DNA from: Candidatus Hydrogenedentota bacterium
GTDB taxonomy: Bacteria > Hydrogenedentota > Hydrogenedentia > Hydrogenedentales > JAEUWI01
Direction of reading: 5' to 3'
Assembly (NCBI GenBank): GCA_034669905.1
Contig: JAXMOL010000025.1
Span: 40,775 to 104,774 of the forward strand
Length of the DNA: 64,000 bases
The notes under the pieces are model-generated. The model ran no database searches, was not told the DNA's origin, and saw only the letters and a list, made by a program, of their open reading frames with translations. The translations under genes were made by a program, and so were the position numbers. Within the stretch, counting starts at the first letter, position 1; each line of letters begins with the position of its first letter. This document shows positions 19,289 through 28,617 of this stretch, one piece after another.

Positions 19289-19852
19289 TCAGCTGGCCTG
19301 ATCGCCATCGGGCGTCCAGGCATTCTTGGCGAACACCGTGTCCACGGGCGTTTGGGCCACGTGATTGGTGTAATTCGACAGCACTTTGTAGGCAGTGCCC
19401 AAGACGACGTCCAGGACATTTTCCTTTGTATAGCCCGCCGCGAGAAAGGCTTCGATGTCGCCATCTTCCGGCCAGCCACGGCTCAGGTTCACCTTCTCCG
19501 CATAGACCCGGAGGGCTTCCAACTTGGGGTCGGCGATGGGCGTACCCTCGCGAAGGGCGGCAATGACATCTTCCGGAACCTTCGCCCCGTGCATGATCGT
19601 CGTGTGGGCGGCCATGCAATAGGTACAGCCATTGAGCCGGTTGTTGGTCATGGCAATGATCTGACGTTCGGTTTCGCTGAGTTTCGTCTTTCCAAAAATC
19701 TCCGCCAGCGACTGATAGCCCTCCAGTAGCGCAGGCGATTCCGCCATGACGGCGTGGAGATTCGGAATAAAACCGTAGCTCTTCAGGCTCTTTTCCAACC
19801 GGGCCTTGCTTTCACCGGCGGTCTCAATGGTGTGAATATTAAAGTCTGTCAT
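19289..19852 (-). CDS. carboxymuconolactone decarboxylase / AhpD-like protein
   Basis: GFIPNLHAVMAESP; CTYCMAAH CxxC motif; RBS gaggag. Confidence 0.9.
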   Translation of the reverse strand: MTDFNIHTIETAGESKARLEKSLKSYGFIPNLHAVMAESPALLEGYQSLAEIFGKTKLSETERQIIAMTNNRLNGCTYCMAAHTTIMHGAKVPEDVIAALREGTPIADPKLEALRVYAEKVNLSRGWPEDGDIEAFLAAGYTKENVLDVVLGTAYKVLSNYTNHVAQTPVDTVFAKNAWTPDGDQAS

Positions 19853-19871
19853 CGGCTTCGCTCCTCTTGTT

Positions 19872-19887
19872 TTGACCAAACGGTCTA
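19872..19887. promoter_or_regulatory. TetR (NemR-like) operator 1, TTGACCAAACGGTCTA
   Basis: Imperfect palindrome 20 bp upstream of the AhpD-like start; matches the two other boxes. Confidence 0.75.
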
Positions 19888-19978
19888 AACAACGTCCAAA
19901 AAAAGAAGGACCCGGCGTCCTCGTGGGGTAACACTACCCGACGAGGCCCAACGCCCTACCCATTCATACTACCATATT

Positions 19979-19994
19979 TTGACCAATTGGTCAA
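19979..19994. promoter_or_regulatory. TetR (NemR-like) operator 2, TTGACCAATTGGTCAA
   Basis: Perfect 16-bp palindrome between tetR and the ahpD-like gene. Confidence 0.8.
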
Positions 19995-20038
19995 AGGTAC
20001 CACAAAAAAAAGTATCGACCAACCCGGGAGATACCGCC

Positions 20039-20620
20039 TTACCCAATCAGACCTTTCGCCGATTCGGCCATCTGCTGCAACGGCCCTTCGCCCACCACCC
20101 CACGACCCAACACACGAATACCCACCAGAAAGGCCAAAAGGGCATTGGCCGTGGCGACCGGCTCCACCGTCTCGGGGATGTCCCCCCGGGTCTGCCCCCG
20201 CTCGATGAGCCGCTCAAAGAAATCCGTCAACTCCTTAAAGGCCGCCGTCACCACCTCCCGCGCCGCCTCCGTGTGCTGGGCATAGTCCAACGACGTATTC
20301 ACCAACATGCAGCCCCGGCGATGGGGATCGGACAGCGAAGTCTCCACAATCCGGTCAAAAAATCGATAGATCCCCTCCCGGGGATCATCCAGAGACTCCA
20401 ACTGACGCAGCATCTTCCGACGCCGCTCGTTGTCATACTTCAACAAGGCCTGGAGAAAAAGGTCCTCCTTCCCATTGAACGCATTATAAAGACTGCCCCG
20501 TTTAATCCCCGTGGCCGCCGTAATATCCGAAATCGACGTCGCCGCATAGCCCTTTTCCCAGAAAAGCGCCATCGTTTTCTCGATGACATCTGATTCTTCA
20601 AAGGTCTTTTCCCAGGGCAT
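20039..20620 (-). CDS. TetR/AcrR family regulator (NemR/ComR-like)
   Basis: FWEKGYAATSISDITAATGIKRGSLYNAFNGKEDLF HTH; GCMLVN. Confidence 0.93.
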   Translation of the reverse strand: MPWEKTFEESDVIEKTMALFWEKGYAATSISDITAATGIKRGSLYNAFNGKEDLFLQALLKYDNERRRKMLRQLESLDDPREGIYRFFDRIVETSLSDPHRRGCMLVNTSLDYAQHTEAAREVVTAAFKELTDFFERLIERGQTRGDIPETVEPVATANALLAFLVGIRVLGRGVVGEGPLQQMAESAKGLIG

Positions 20621-20675
20621 GGCGCACTTCCTCAATGACGTAACGTGGTTTCGCGATGCCCAATTGTACCGCAAC

Positions 20676-20691
20676 TTGACCTATTGGTCAA
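20676..20691. promoter_or_regulatory. TetR (NemR-like) operator 3, TTGACCTATTGGTCAA (autoregulatory position)
   Basis: Near-perfect palindrome upstream of tetR. Confidence 0.78.
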
Positions 20692-20851
20692 AACAAACTC
20701 CATAGGAACCAGCCCCAGGTTGAATTCTCACCTGTCAACGCACGCTATCCACGGTCAACCGTCCACTATCAACGCCGTTCCGTGCAACCAGCCCCCGCTC
20801 CGCACTATAATGGACCTTCGAAACCTTCGTCTTCTACCCTCGGGGATACCC

Positions 20852-22045
20852 ATGTTCAACGCCAATCGCATCCTCAGTTATTGCACCAACGTCCACGCGG
20901 GCAACGACTATGCCTCTACGCTGAAAAACCTCGAAACCTATGCCGTCGCGGTGAAGGCCCTGGTCTCGCCCCATGCGCCTATGGGCGTGGGCCTTTGGCT
21001 ACCCGCCTCGACCGCCCGGGAAATCATCGACAACGACCGCATTGCCGAGCTCCGTGATTGGTTGGATGCCCGCGGCCTGTGCGTGGTCACCATGAACGGC
21101 TTCCCCTATGGCGATTTTCATCAGACCGTGGTGAAGCACGAGGTCTATAAGCCCACCTGGGCCGACGAAGAGCGGCTGGACTACACCATGCAGCTCGTCC
21201 GCATTCTGGGCGGACTCCTGCCGAAGGACGCCTCCGGCAGCATCTCCACCCTCCCCATCGGCTGGCCCACCGATTCCGACAACGACCGGGACAACGACCG
21301 GCTGCGGGCGGCCGGAGGCCAACAGCTCCTCAAGCTCGCCGACTTTCTCGCCCGGGAAGAAGCGGCCACGGGCCATTGCATCCACATCGACATCGAGCCC
21401 GAGCCGGGCTGTCTCATTGACACCACGGGCGGCATGATCGACTTTTTCGAGGCGCACCTCTTCCCGGGGAACGACAAGGCCCACGTCGCGCGCTTCCTCC
21501 GGGTCTGCCATGATGTGTGCCACGCCGCCGTCATCGGGGAAGCGCAGCAGCCCGTGTTGAAGGCGTACCGCGATGCCGGGATACGCATTGGCAAGGTCCA
21601 GCTTTCCTCCGCCGTATCCGTGGATTTCGCTGCGCTGGCCGAGGAAGACCGTAGCGAGGCCCTCAGCCAATTGGGCCAATTCCAGGAACCCCGCTATCTG
21701 CACCAGACCATGGTCGATGACGAAGAGCAGGGCTATGGACTGCTCTATGAAGACCTGCCCGAAGCCCTGGAGGCCATGGCAAGCCAGCAGTTGGAGGGGC
21801 TGTCTCTATGCACCCACTTCCATGTGCCCCTCTTCCTTCGGGAGATCGGGCTCTTGACGGCCACGCAAGATGATGTGTTGGAATGCCTGGAGGGCATTGA
21901 TTCGCTGACGGACTGCGAGCACATCGAGGTGGAAACCTACGCCTGGAACGTGTTGCCCCCGGAGTTGCAGGTCGAAAACCTGGCCGAGGGCATCGCCAAA
22001 GAAATGCAGTGGGTGCTGGACGCGACGAGTGGTTCAAAAGCGTGA
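20852..22045 (+). CDS. eboE: metabolite traffic protein EboE (xylose-isomerase-like TIM barrel)
   Basis: LSYCTNVH; GVGLWL; TMNGFPYGDFH..VVK..VYKPTW; EPEPGC; HFHVP; EVETYAW. Confidence 0.88.
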   Translation: MFNANRILSYCTNVHAGNDYASTLKNLETYAVAVKALVSPHAPMGVGLWLPASTAREIIDNDRIAELRDWLDARGLCVVTMNGFPYGDFHQTVVKHEVYKPTWADEERLDYTMQLVRILGGLLPKDASGSISTLPIGWPTDSDNDRDNDRLRAAGGQQLLKLADFLAREEAATGHCIHIDIEPEPGCLIDTTGGMIDFFEAHLFPGNDKAHVARFLRVCHDVCHAAVIGEAQQPVLKAYRDAGIRIGKVQLSSAVSVDFAALAEEDRSEALSQLGQFQEPRYLHQTMVDDEEQGYGLLYEDLPEALEAMASQQLEGLSLCTHFHVPLFLREIGLLTATQDDVLECLEGIDSLTDCEHIEVETYAWNVLPPELQVENLAEGIAKEMQWVLDATSGSKA

Positions 22046-22084
22046 CCGCACCGCTTTCGTAAGCCAGACGAGTCCCCCACCTGG

Positions 22085-22280
22085 TGGTGTGAATTAGAAT
22101 TGCGGACATTTAAGTTCTCTGGAACCGGTGAGAAGATTGGTATTGAATTCCCCTCCTGGGAGGGTCGCAGATGCGCCGTGGCCGATTAGGGGTGGGTTGA
22201 GTCTACTTTCGGGCATGGACCCACCCCCGGCCCCTCCAAGGAGGGGAGTAATCCTCAGTAAATTGGTTAATTCAGGCTGC
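22085..22280. repeat. ~180-195-bp MITE-like element with CCCCTCC...GGAGGGG palindromes, copy 1
   Basis: Colinear with 42015-42191; tgaatta...taattca near the ends; internal attcccctcctgggaggg and cccctccaaggagggga. Confidence 0.8.
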
Positions 22281-22341
22281 CGTAATAATGGCCCATCTGC
22301 TTGAATCAAACCACTAGCAACCATTCGGAACGCGTTAGATC

Positions 22342-23223
22342 ATGCACCCTAAAATGACGGCCTACCTGCAACTGGCCCGCCTTTCCAATATTCCCACGGT
22401 CTTCTCCAATGTCCTCGTGGGCTTTACCATCGCCGAATGGTTCGGACCCTACCCCTGGTCGGGCCTCCTGCTGCCCCTCTTCGTGGCCTCCACACTCTAC
22501 GTGGGCGGCATGGCGCTGAACGACCTCCTCGACCGTCACATCGATGCGAAGGAGCGGCCCCAGCGTCCCATCCCCTCGGGCAGGCTTTCGGTGCGGGAAG
22601 TCTCGATCTTCACCGCGCTGTGCTTCGTGGTCCCCGTGGCCGTGACCGCCTTCCTGATGCCCGGTGCCACAGTTTATGCGATTGCCCTGGCGCTGGCCAT
22701 CATCTTATACGACGTGCTGCACAAGCGGTGGAGTGCCTCGCTTATCTTCATGGGACTTTGTCGCGCGTTGGTCTACGCGTTGGCGGCGAGTATGTACACC
22801 GGCGCAGAGAAGGCCCCCATGTACATGCAACCCGTTCTCCTTCTCGGCGCAATCCTCGCCCTCTACATCATCGGCCTGACGGTTATCGCTCAAAAAGAAG
22901 TCCAGGGGGGCCTCGGCTTCCGCCGTTGGCTTGCCGTAGGCATGATTGGCCTTCCCTTTTTGATTTTGTTGAGCTACGAGACGCAACACCCAATTTGGAC
23001 CCTAGCGACCGGCATCACCCTCTCTCTTTGGCTCGCCCGTTCCGCGCGATTCATTCGTATGGAGCCGCCGAAAGTGGTCCCGGCCGTACTCGGATGGCTC
23101 GCGGGCATTTCGCTTATTGACGCCTTTTTCCTCACCTTTACCCACCGACCTGAACTGTCCCTCGTGGCCTTCGGCTGTTTTGCCGTTACGGTCTGGGGCC
23201 ACCGAAAGATTGCTGGCACATGA
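22342..23223 (+). CDS. eboC: UbiA-family prenyltransferase EboC
   Basis: LARLSNIPT; NDLLDRHIDAKERPQRPIPSG; YDVLHK; MGLCR; located between eboE and eboF. Confidence 0.85.
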   Translation: MHPKMTAYLQLARLSNIPTVFSNVLVGFTIAEWFGPYPWSGLLLPLFVASTLYVGGMALNDLLDRHIDAKERPQRPIPSGRLSVREVSIFTALCFVVPVAVTAFLMPGATVYAIALALAIILYDVLHKRWSASLIFMGLCRALVYALAASMYTGAEKAPMYMQPVLLLGAILALYIIGLTVIAQKEVQGGLGFRRWLAVGMIGLPFLILLSYETQHPIWTLATGITLSLWLARSARFIRMEPPKVVPAVLGWLAGISLIDAFFLTFTHRPELSLVAFGCFAVTVWGHRKIAGT

Positions 23224-24608
23224 GTACACACCACCCCACTGCGGTCCTCCTCACGGTGGGCCTCAACGAGTCCCTCATCGGCGACCACTGTCCCCGCATT
23301 CGCGATTTCATGGCGCAGGGCGCCAAGCACCACCTGAAACCCAGCTTCCCCGCCGTTACCACCACGGTCCAATCTTCCATGCTCACGGGCACGCCGCCGA
23401 ATGAGCACGGCATCGTGGGGAACGGCTGGTACAACCGCGAGATGGCGGAAATCCAATTCTGGAAACAATCCAACCACCTCGTGCAACGTCCCAAGGTGTG
23501 GGAGACCGCCCGGGAACGGGACCCTTCGTGCACCACCCTCAATATGTTCTGGTGGTACAACATGTATTCCTCCGTGGACCACTCCGTCACGCCGCGCCCC
23601 ATTTACAAGGCGGATGGACGGAAGATTCCCGACTGTTATTCCCACCCGCAGAATCTTCGGGATGAGTTGCAGGCCGAGCTGGGCACCTTTCCCCTTTTTA
23701 ACTTCTGGGGACCTGCGTCGTCGATTGTTTCGACCCAGTGGATTGCCGATGCGACTATCTACTGCCACAAAAAGCAGCAGCCCGGCCTGACCTTGGTCTA
23801 TCTCCCCCACCTCGACTATTGCCTGCAAAAGCTCGGGCCCAATCACGCGGAGATCCCCAAATACGTCGCGGAGCTCGACGGGGTTGTGGGCCAATTGCTC
23901 GACTATTTTCAGGGCGCAGGCGTGCGCCCCATGATTGTGAGCGAATATGGCATCGAAGAAGTGGACGACGCCATTCATGTGAACCGACACCTCCGCGAAG
24001 ACGGGGCCATCAGCCTGCGCGTGGAAGAAGACCTGGAGCTCCTCGATGCCGGGGCCAGTGATGCCTTTTGTGTAGCCGACCACCAGGTGGCCCATGTCTA
24101 TGTGAAGGATCCGGCGCGCATCGACTACTACCGCGAGCTCTGCGCGAAGATTCCCGGCGTGGAGCAGGTCCTCGACCGTGCGGGACAGGCGGCCCTCCAC
24201 CTGGACCACGAACGAAGCGGCGACCTGGTGCTCATCAGCGAATCCCGCCGTTGGTTCAGCTATTACTACTGGCAGGACGACGCCCGGGCCCCCGACTTTG
24301 CGCGGTGTGTGGACATCCATCGCAAACCCGGCTATGACCCGGTGGAGCTTTTCCTCGACCCCAAGCTTACCCTGCCGCCAGCCCACATTGTGTGGCGGCT
24401 CCTGAAAAAGAAGCTCGGCTTCCGCACGCTCATGGATCTCATCCCGCTGGACACCCGTCTCGTGCAAGGTTCTCATGGGCGGGTAGACCTGCCGAGGGCA
24501 CTGCAGCCTTTGCTGCTGACCCAGTCCCCCCTCGATGGACTGGAGGAATCCCTGCCCTGCGAAGGGGTTCGTGACGTCATTTTGCGGCATTTGTTTGAGG
24601 GTGTATAG
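23220..24608 (+). CDS. eboF: alkaline phosphatase / nucleotide pyrophosphatase family protein EboF
   Basis: FPAVTTTVQS; HGIVGNGWY; FWWYNMYS; YLPHLDY; DIHRKPGYDPVELF; GSHG; ATGA overlap with eboC. Confidence 0.88.
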   Translation: MSTHHPTAVLLTVGLNESLIGDHCPRIRDFMAQGAKHHLKPSFPAVTTTVQSSMLTGTPPNEHGIVGNGWYNREMAEIQFWKQSNHLVQRPKVWETARERDPSCTTLNMFWWYNMYSSVDHSVTPRPIYKADGRKIPDCYSHPQNLRDELQAELGTFPLFNFWGPASSIVSTQWIADATIYCHKKQQPGLTLVYLPHLDYCLQKLGPNHAEIPKYVAELDGVVGQLLDYFQGAGVRPMIVSEYGIEEVDDAIHVNRHLREDGAISLRVEEDLELLDAGASDAFCVADHQVAHVYVKDPARIDYYRELCAKIPGVEQVLDRAGQAALHLDHERSGDLVLISESRRWFSYYYWQDDARAPDFARCVDIHRKPGYDPVELFLDPKLTLPPAHIVWRLLKKKLGFRTLMDLIPLDTRLVQGSHGRVDLPRALQPLLLTQSPLDGLEESLPCEGVRDVILRHLFEGV

Positions 24609-24727
24609 GGACCATGGGATCCCTTCCTCGTCCAAAACGGTTCGACCATAGGTTTTATTCAGACCAAACTGTGCTAGAATCGAACACTGCAACGTGTGTT
24701 GAAGCATGGTAGAAACGGGGTACAAAT

Positions 24728-25951
24728 ATGGAATGCAAGTTGGAATCGCGAAGAATCGAGGAGTTAACGGATTACGTATTGGAGATGAAGCGGCTCCGAT
24801 TCGAGGCGAAACGATTCGACCATAATGGGGACGCCCTTGGTAGACTCGGGAAAGTCCTCTGTGAGCTCGCGCAGGTGATGGACAAGTGGTACCGTGACCA
24901 GACGCGTATTCTGGAAATTACCGAAAAGATCAATCAGGGCATATTTCTCAACGATGTGCTTGACTATGTATATGACACATTCCGCCCGGTCATTCCCTAT
25001 GATCGCATCGGCTTTGCCCTCGTCGAAGAGGACAACCGGGTTGTACGCTCCTATTGGTCCCGATCGGATTTCCGAGAGATACGCATCGGAGTCGGTTACG
25101 CTCAGAAGCTGGAGGGAAGCAGCCTGTCCAAAATCCTGGAAACGGGAGAATGCCGGGTCCTCAATGATCTGGAAGCCTACTATCAAGATCATCCCAAGTC
25201 TGATTCAACACGATTAATTCTGGCGGAAGGGATCCGGTCCAGTTTGACCTGCCCGCTTTTCGCCATGGGAAGACCCATAGGCTTCGTCTTTTTTTCCAGT
25301 AAATTCAAAAATACCTACGAGCACATCCATCAGGATCTCTTCGGGCGCATCGCCAGCCAGCTCGCGGTCATCGTCGAAAAAAGCCGACTCTACGAGGATC
25401 TCCACCGTCTCAATGCAGAATTGCTGGAGGCCCGAAACAGCCTGGAGCACCAGGCATCCCACGATGGGTTAACCGGGCTTTGGAACCACAATGCCATATT
25501 GGAATGCCTGGACACGGCGGTCGCCCAGGCAAATCGTTCGAAAGGTTTCTTCGCGGTCATCATGGCCGACATCGACCATTTCAAGGCACTGAATGACCGA
25601 TATGGCCACCAGGTGGGCGATGTCGTATTGAAAGAGGTGGCACGCCGTTTGGCCCATGCGGCACGTCGGGGGGATATTGTCGGCCGCTATGGCGGTGAAG
25701 AGTTTCTAATCGTACTCTCTCACTCCAGTATAGCGGGCGCTAAGAACGCTGCCGAACGGTATCGCAACGCCATCGCCAACACGCCAGTAACGGTTGAAGG
25801 GGTGGAGATTTCCGTAACCATCAGTCTTGGGGTCAGCATCTCCTCCGATCCCGATTCACTGGATGGGGAGACAATCTTAAAGTCCGCGGACAAGGCACTC
25901 TATGGGGCAAAGAATACCGGGCGCGACTGTATTGAAGTGGATTCGATTTAG
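24728..25951 (+). CDS. GAF-GGDEF diguanylate cyclase (canonical)
   Basis: GAF region (YDRIG, RSSLTCPL); DIDHFKALNDRYGHQVGD; RRGD I-site; RYGGEEF. Confidence 0.92.
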   Translation: MECKLESRRIEELTDYVLEMKRLRFEAKRFDHNGDALGRLGKVLCELAQVMDKWYRDQTRILEITEKINQGIFLNDVLDYVYDTFRPVIPYDRIGFALVEEDNRVVRSYWSRSDFREIRIGVGYAQKLEGSSLSKILETGECRVLNDLEAYYQDHPKSDSTRLILAEGIRSSLTCPLFAMGRPIGFVFFSSKFKNTYEHIHQDLFGRIASQLAVIVEKSRLYEDLHRLNAELLEARNSLEHQASHDGLTGLWNHNAILECLDTAVAQANRSKGFFAVIMADIDHFKALNDRYGHQVGDVVLKEVARRLAHAARRGDIVGRYGGEEFLIVLSHSSIAGAKNAAERYRNAIANTPVTVEGVEISVTISLGVSISSDPDSLDGETILKSADKALYGAKNTGRDCIEVDSI

Positions 25952-26165
25952 TTTGCGTGCGCTGATTGGGTTTCCTGCGCGGAGTCAGGCACGTCTTCAT
26001 TCTGACGCTTCGCCCTGCACGCTGGAAAATCGACCGTTCGATTCGTAATCGTAATTACCCCCGGAAGGCACCCACGTACCGCTATTCAAAGCGCGATGGA
26101 GCATGCTATACCCGACGGGATGAATAAACCCGGCCCGCGGTTGTATTGCCAGGAAGGAGGCAATC

Positions 26166-27536
26166 ATGACGGCAATCGGAAAACTTCGGACGATCCTTTC
26201 AATCGCTATCGCACTCGTTCCCTGCGTACAGGCCTTTACAGCAGAACGGCCCGCGCTCCCCACACTCGATGACTATCCCAACGAGGTGGTGACCTATGTG
26301 ATGAAACGCTTTGAAGCGGAACGGGACGCCCTGCGGGAAAAGGGCATCCCTCGGGACGACGACGGCATCATTGCCTGGGAAGACTGTGGCCCCGCGATTA
26401 ACAACGCCCACAAGGTCTATCTTCAGGCCTTCAAGGCCGCCACGCTTTCCGAAAAGCGGAAACTCTTGCTGGAGGCGACCGCTATGCCGTGCTTTGAGTT
26501 CCCATCCGGGGGCAATGGGCTTCATCTCGACTATCTCGGTGATCTGCGAAACGGTGCGCGCATCCTGTCCAATGAGGCGGTGCTCTGTGCCGCGCAGCAG
26601 GATGGAGAAGGTGCCGTCACTATGCTGTCCGCCGGCTATGGCTTGCTCGCCCACCATGCCCGAGCACCCACGATGCTGGTCTACCTCACCCGAATCGCGT
26701 GCCAGGGCCTCCTTGATGAGGCCCTTCGCGCCACCCTCGCCACCCAGACGCTGAGTGACGGGCAATTGAAACGACTCGATGAGGCGGTCGCCATGGCCAC
26801 GCGCCCGGACACTTTGGCTCGTGTGTGGCTCTATGAGGAATCCACTGCGCGCGGCACCGACCCCTTGAAGCAACTTGAAACGGTCTATATCACGGAAGCG
26901 GAGAGCCAGGCGCAACTCCTGATAGCCCGAACTGCCATTGCCATCGAGCGGCACTTGTTGGAACACGGTACGTTGCCCGATTCGCTGGATGCGGTGGTGC
27001 CCACCTATCTACCGACGGTCCCCATAGACCCGCTCTCTGGCGATGCCTTGGGCTACCGGAAGAACGACAAGGGCTACGCCGTCTACAGCGTGGGAAAAGA
27101 TGGTGTCGCCCCGGAAAATCCCCTGGCAGCACACGGAGAAGCATCCAATTCGGAACGCACCCTTCTAGTGCTACCCGTCGTGAAGAAAAATGCTTCGCGC
27201 GCCGAATTCCCGTGGTCTACGTTGTATGAGCCTGACGCTAAGAATAGCCGTAAGGACAAACGGGCTATCAAAGCGGTGTTTGGTGTCATCGATTTGCGAC
27301 AAACCTGCGGTGCCACCGCTGCGGTGGTGCTCTTTGCTGGTCCTTTGGACGGTGGCACGGCCGTGCTCATTGACAGTTGCGAAGACGCGGAACGGAAGCG
27401 CCCCGTCCAAGCCGCATTTTGGGTGCATGACGAGCGTATCTATGTCGTTAACGATTGGGCCAGAGAACTTGCGGGGGATTTGCCTGAGAGCCCCTCACAC
27501 ATCGACTTCGATGCAGTGCGGGATGTGGTGCGGTGA
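26166..27536 (+). CDS. exported hypothetical protein with a GspG/pilin-C-like segment and an extra C-terminal domain
   Basis: Signal peptide; AIAIERH..EHGTLPDSLDAVVP.YLPTVPIDPLSG...YAVYSVGKDG. Confidence 0.65.
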   Translation: MTAIGKLRTILSIAIALVPCVQAFTAERPALPTLDDYPNEVVTYVMKRFEAERDALREKGIPRDDDGIIAWEDCGPAINNAHKVYLQAFKAATLSEKRKLLLEATAMPCFEFPSGGNGLHLDYLGDLRNGARILSNEAVLCAAQQDGEGAVTMLSAGYGLLAHHARAPTMLVYLTRIACQGLLDEALRATLATQTLSDGQLKRLDEAVAMATRPDTLARVWLYEESTARGTDPLKQLETVYITEAESQAQLLIARTAIAIERHLLEHGTLPDSLDAVVPTYLPTVPIDPLSGDALGYRKNDKGYAVYSVGKDGVAPENPLAAHGEASNSERTLLVLPVVKKNASRAEFPWSTLYEPDAKNSRKDKRAIKAVFGVIDLRQTCGATAAVVLFAGPLDGGTAVLIDSCEDAERKRPVQAAFWVHDERIYVVNDWARELAGDLPESPSHIDFDAVRDVVR

Positions 27537-27547
27537 AAGGTGCCCAC

Positions 27548-27885
27548 GGGACTGTCCGCGATTGATATGTAGGTGGGAAAGGTCAACGATGCGCCGAAGG
27601 CGGAGACTGTACCGGCTGTTTGTCGTGTCTTGGGTATGTCTGGCCAACCCGACGTCAACTGACACTGCCGGGACAGCCTCACGCATTGGCGTCTATGCTC
27701 CGTCCATGACGGGGATGGCTATTGGGGCGTTGTCTGGGCAAACAGCCTGATGGCTTTTGCGTGGAGGCAGTCCCGTGGGACTGTCATCTCCTTCCCCTCA
27801 GGCGAAGATGGGACTGTACCGGCAGTATGTCGTGTCTCGGGCATCTCTCGCCGACCTGCCGTCAACTGACACGGCCGGGACTGTC
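27548..27885 (+). repeat. left REP array flanking the RAYT (about 1.5 three-arm units)
   Basis: gggactgtcc 27548; arm A 27603-27618; arm B 27665-27684; arm C 27759-27774; second unit starts 27777 with arm A at 27810-27825 and a partial arm B near 27873. Confidence 0.88.
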
Positions 27886-27939
27886 ATGGCTTGGATATCT
27901 TTCACGGTCGCAAGGTCTATTGACGCGACGACAAGTCTC

Positions 27940-27979
27940 TTGACATATCCAGAGTCGCTTGGCATCTTATATAGATGCC
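27940..27979 (+). promoter_or_regulatory. putative leaderless RAYT promoter (TTGACA-N17-CATCTT, extended TG) with a hairpin covering the start codon
   Basis: TTGACA 27940-27945; -10-like CATCTT 27963-27968; ATG 27975; no SD; GGCATCT 27961-27967 pairs with AGATGCC 27973-27979. Confidence 0.55.
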
Positions 27980-28610
27980 GAGAACAGCACGCATAGTAAT
28001 CCCCGGCGTCGCGCACCACATTACACAGCGGGGCAACAACAGACAGACGGTTTTCCTCGATGATGAAGACCGTCTCAAGTATCTATTGCTCCTTACCCAC
28101 TACCACGAGCTTCATGGACTTCGTCTCCTCGCTTACTGCCTGATGGACAATCACATTCATATCGTCGGTGTCCCCCAAGAGAAGACATCGCTGGCAAAAA
28201 CGTTGGGCCGTGTCCACTTCCAATACACCACCTACTTCCAGCAAAAGTATCACGCCAGTGGGCATCTCTGGCAGAATCGATTTTATTCCTGCCCGATGGA
28301 TGAGGACTACACAATCAATGCCATTGCCTATGTAGAACTAAACCCAGTACGAGCCGGAATGACAACCTTCGCGTGGGATTATCCGTGGTCCAGTGCACCT
28401 GCCCACTGCACGGTCGACGCATCCAGTCCCCTGCTGCATCTGGAGCGGTGGCGCTCTCGGTTTACCGTGGACGTCTGGCGCGACAACCTGTTGGATACAC
28501 TCGGTCGGACCGAGGTTTTCGGGGCGATACGTGAGCATTGTAAGCGAGGCAAGCCACTGGGAAATGCCACGTTTCAGAAAGAAGTTCTGGCGCGATTGAA
28601 GGAAGGTTGA
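27975..28610 (+). mobile_element. REP-associated tyrosine transposase (RAYT/TnpA-REP, IS200/IS605 Y1 HUH family)
   Basis: HHITQRGNNRQ; YCLMDNHIH HUH motif; GHLWQNRF; YVELNPVRAG catalytic Tyr; YPWSS; flanked on both sides by REP units. Confidence 0.92.
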
Positions 28611-28617
28611 GTCTGCA

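Noticed and set aside
22974..24725. Long antisense ORFs (583 aa here; also 9244..10680, 32338..33651, 45978..47405, 48843..50102, 55350..56936)
   Set aside because: These are shadow frames opposite well-supported genes, as expected from high-GC codon bias, and show no motifs.
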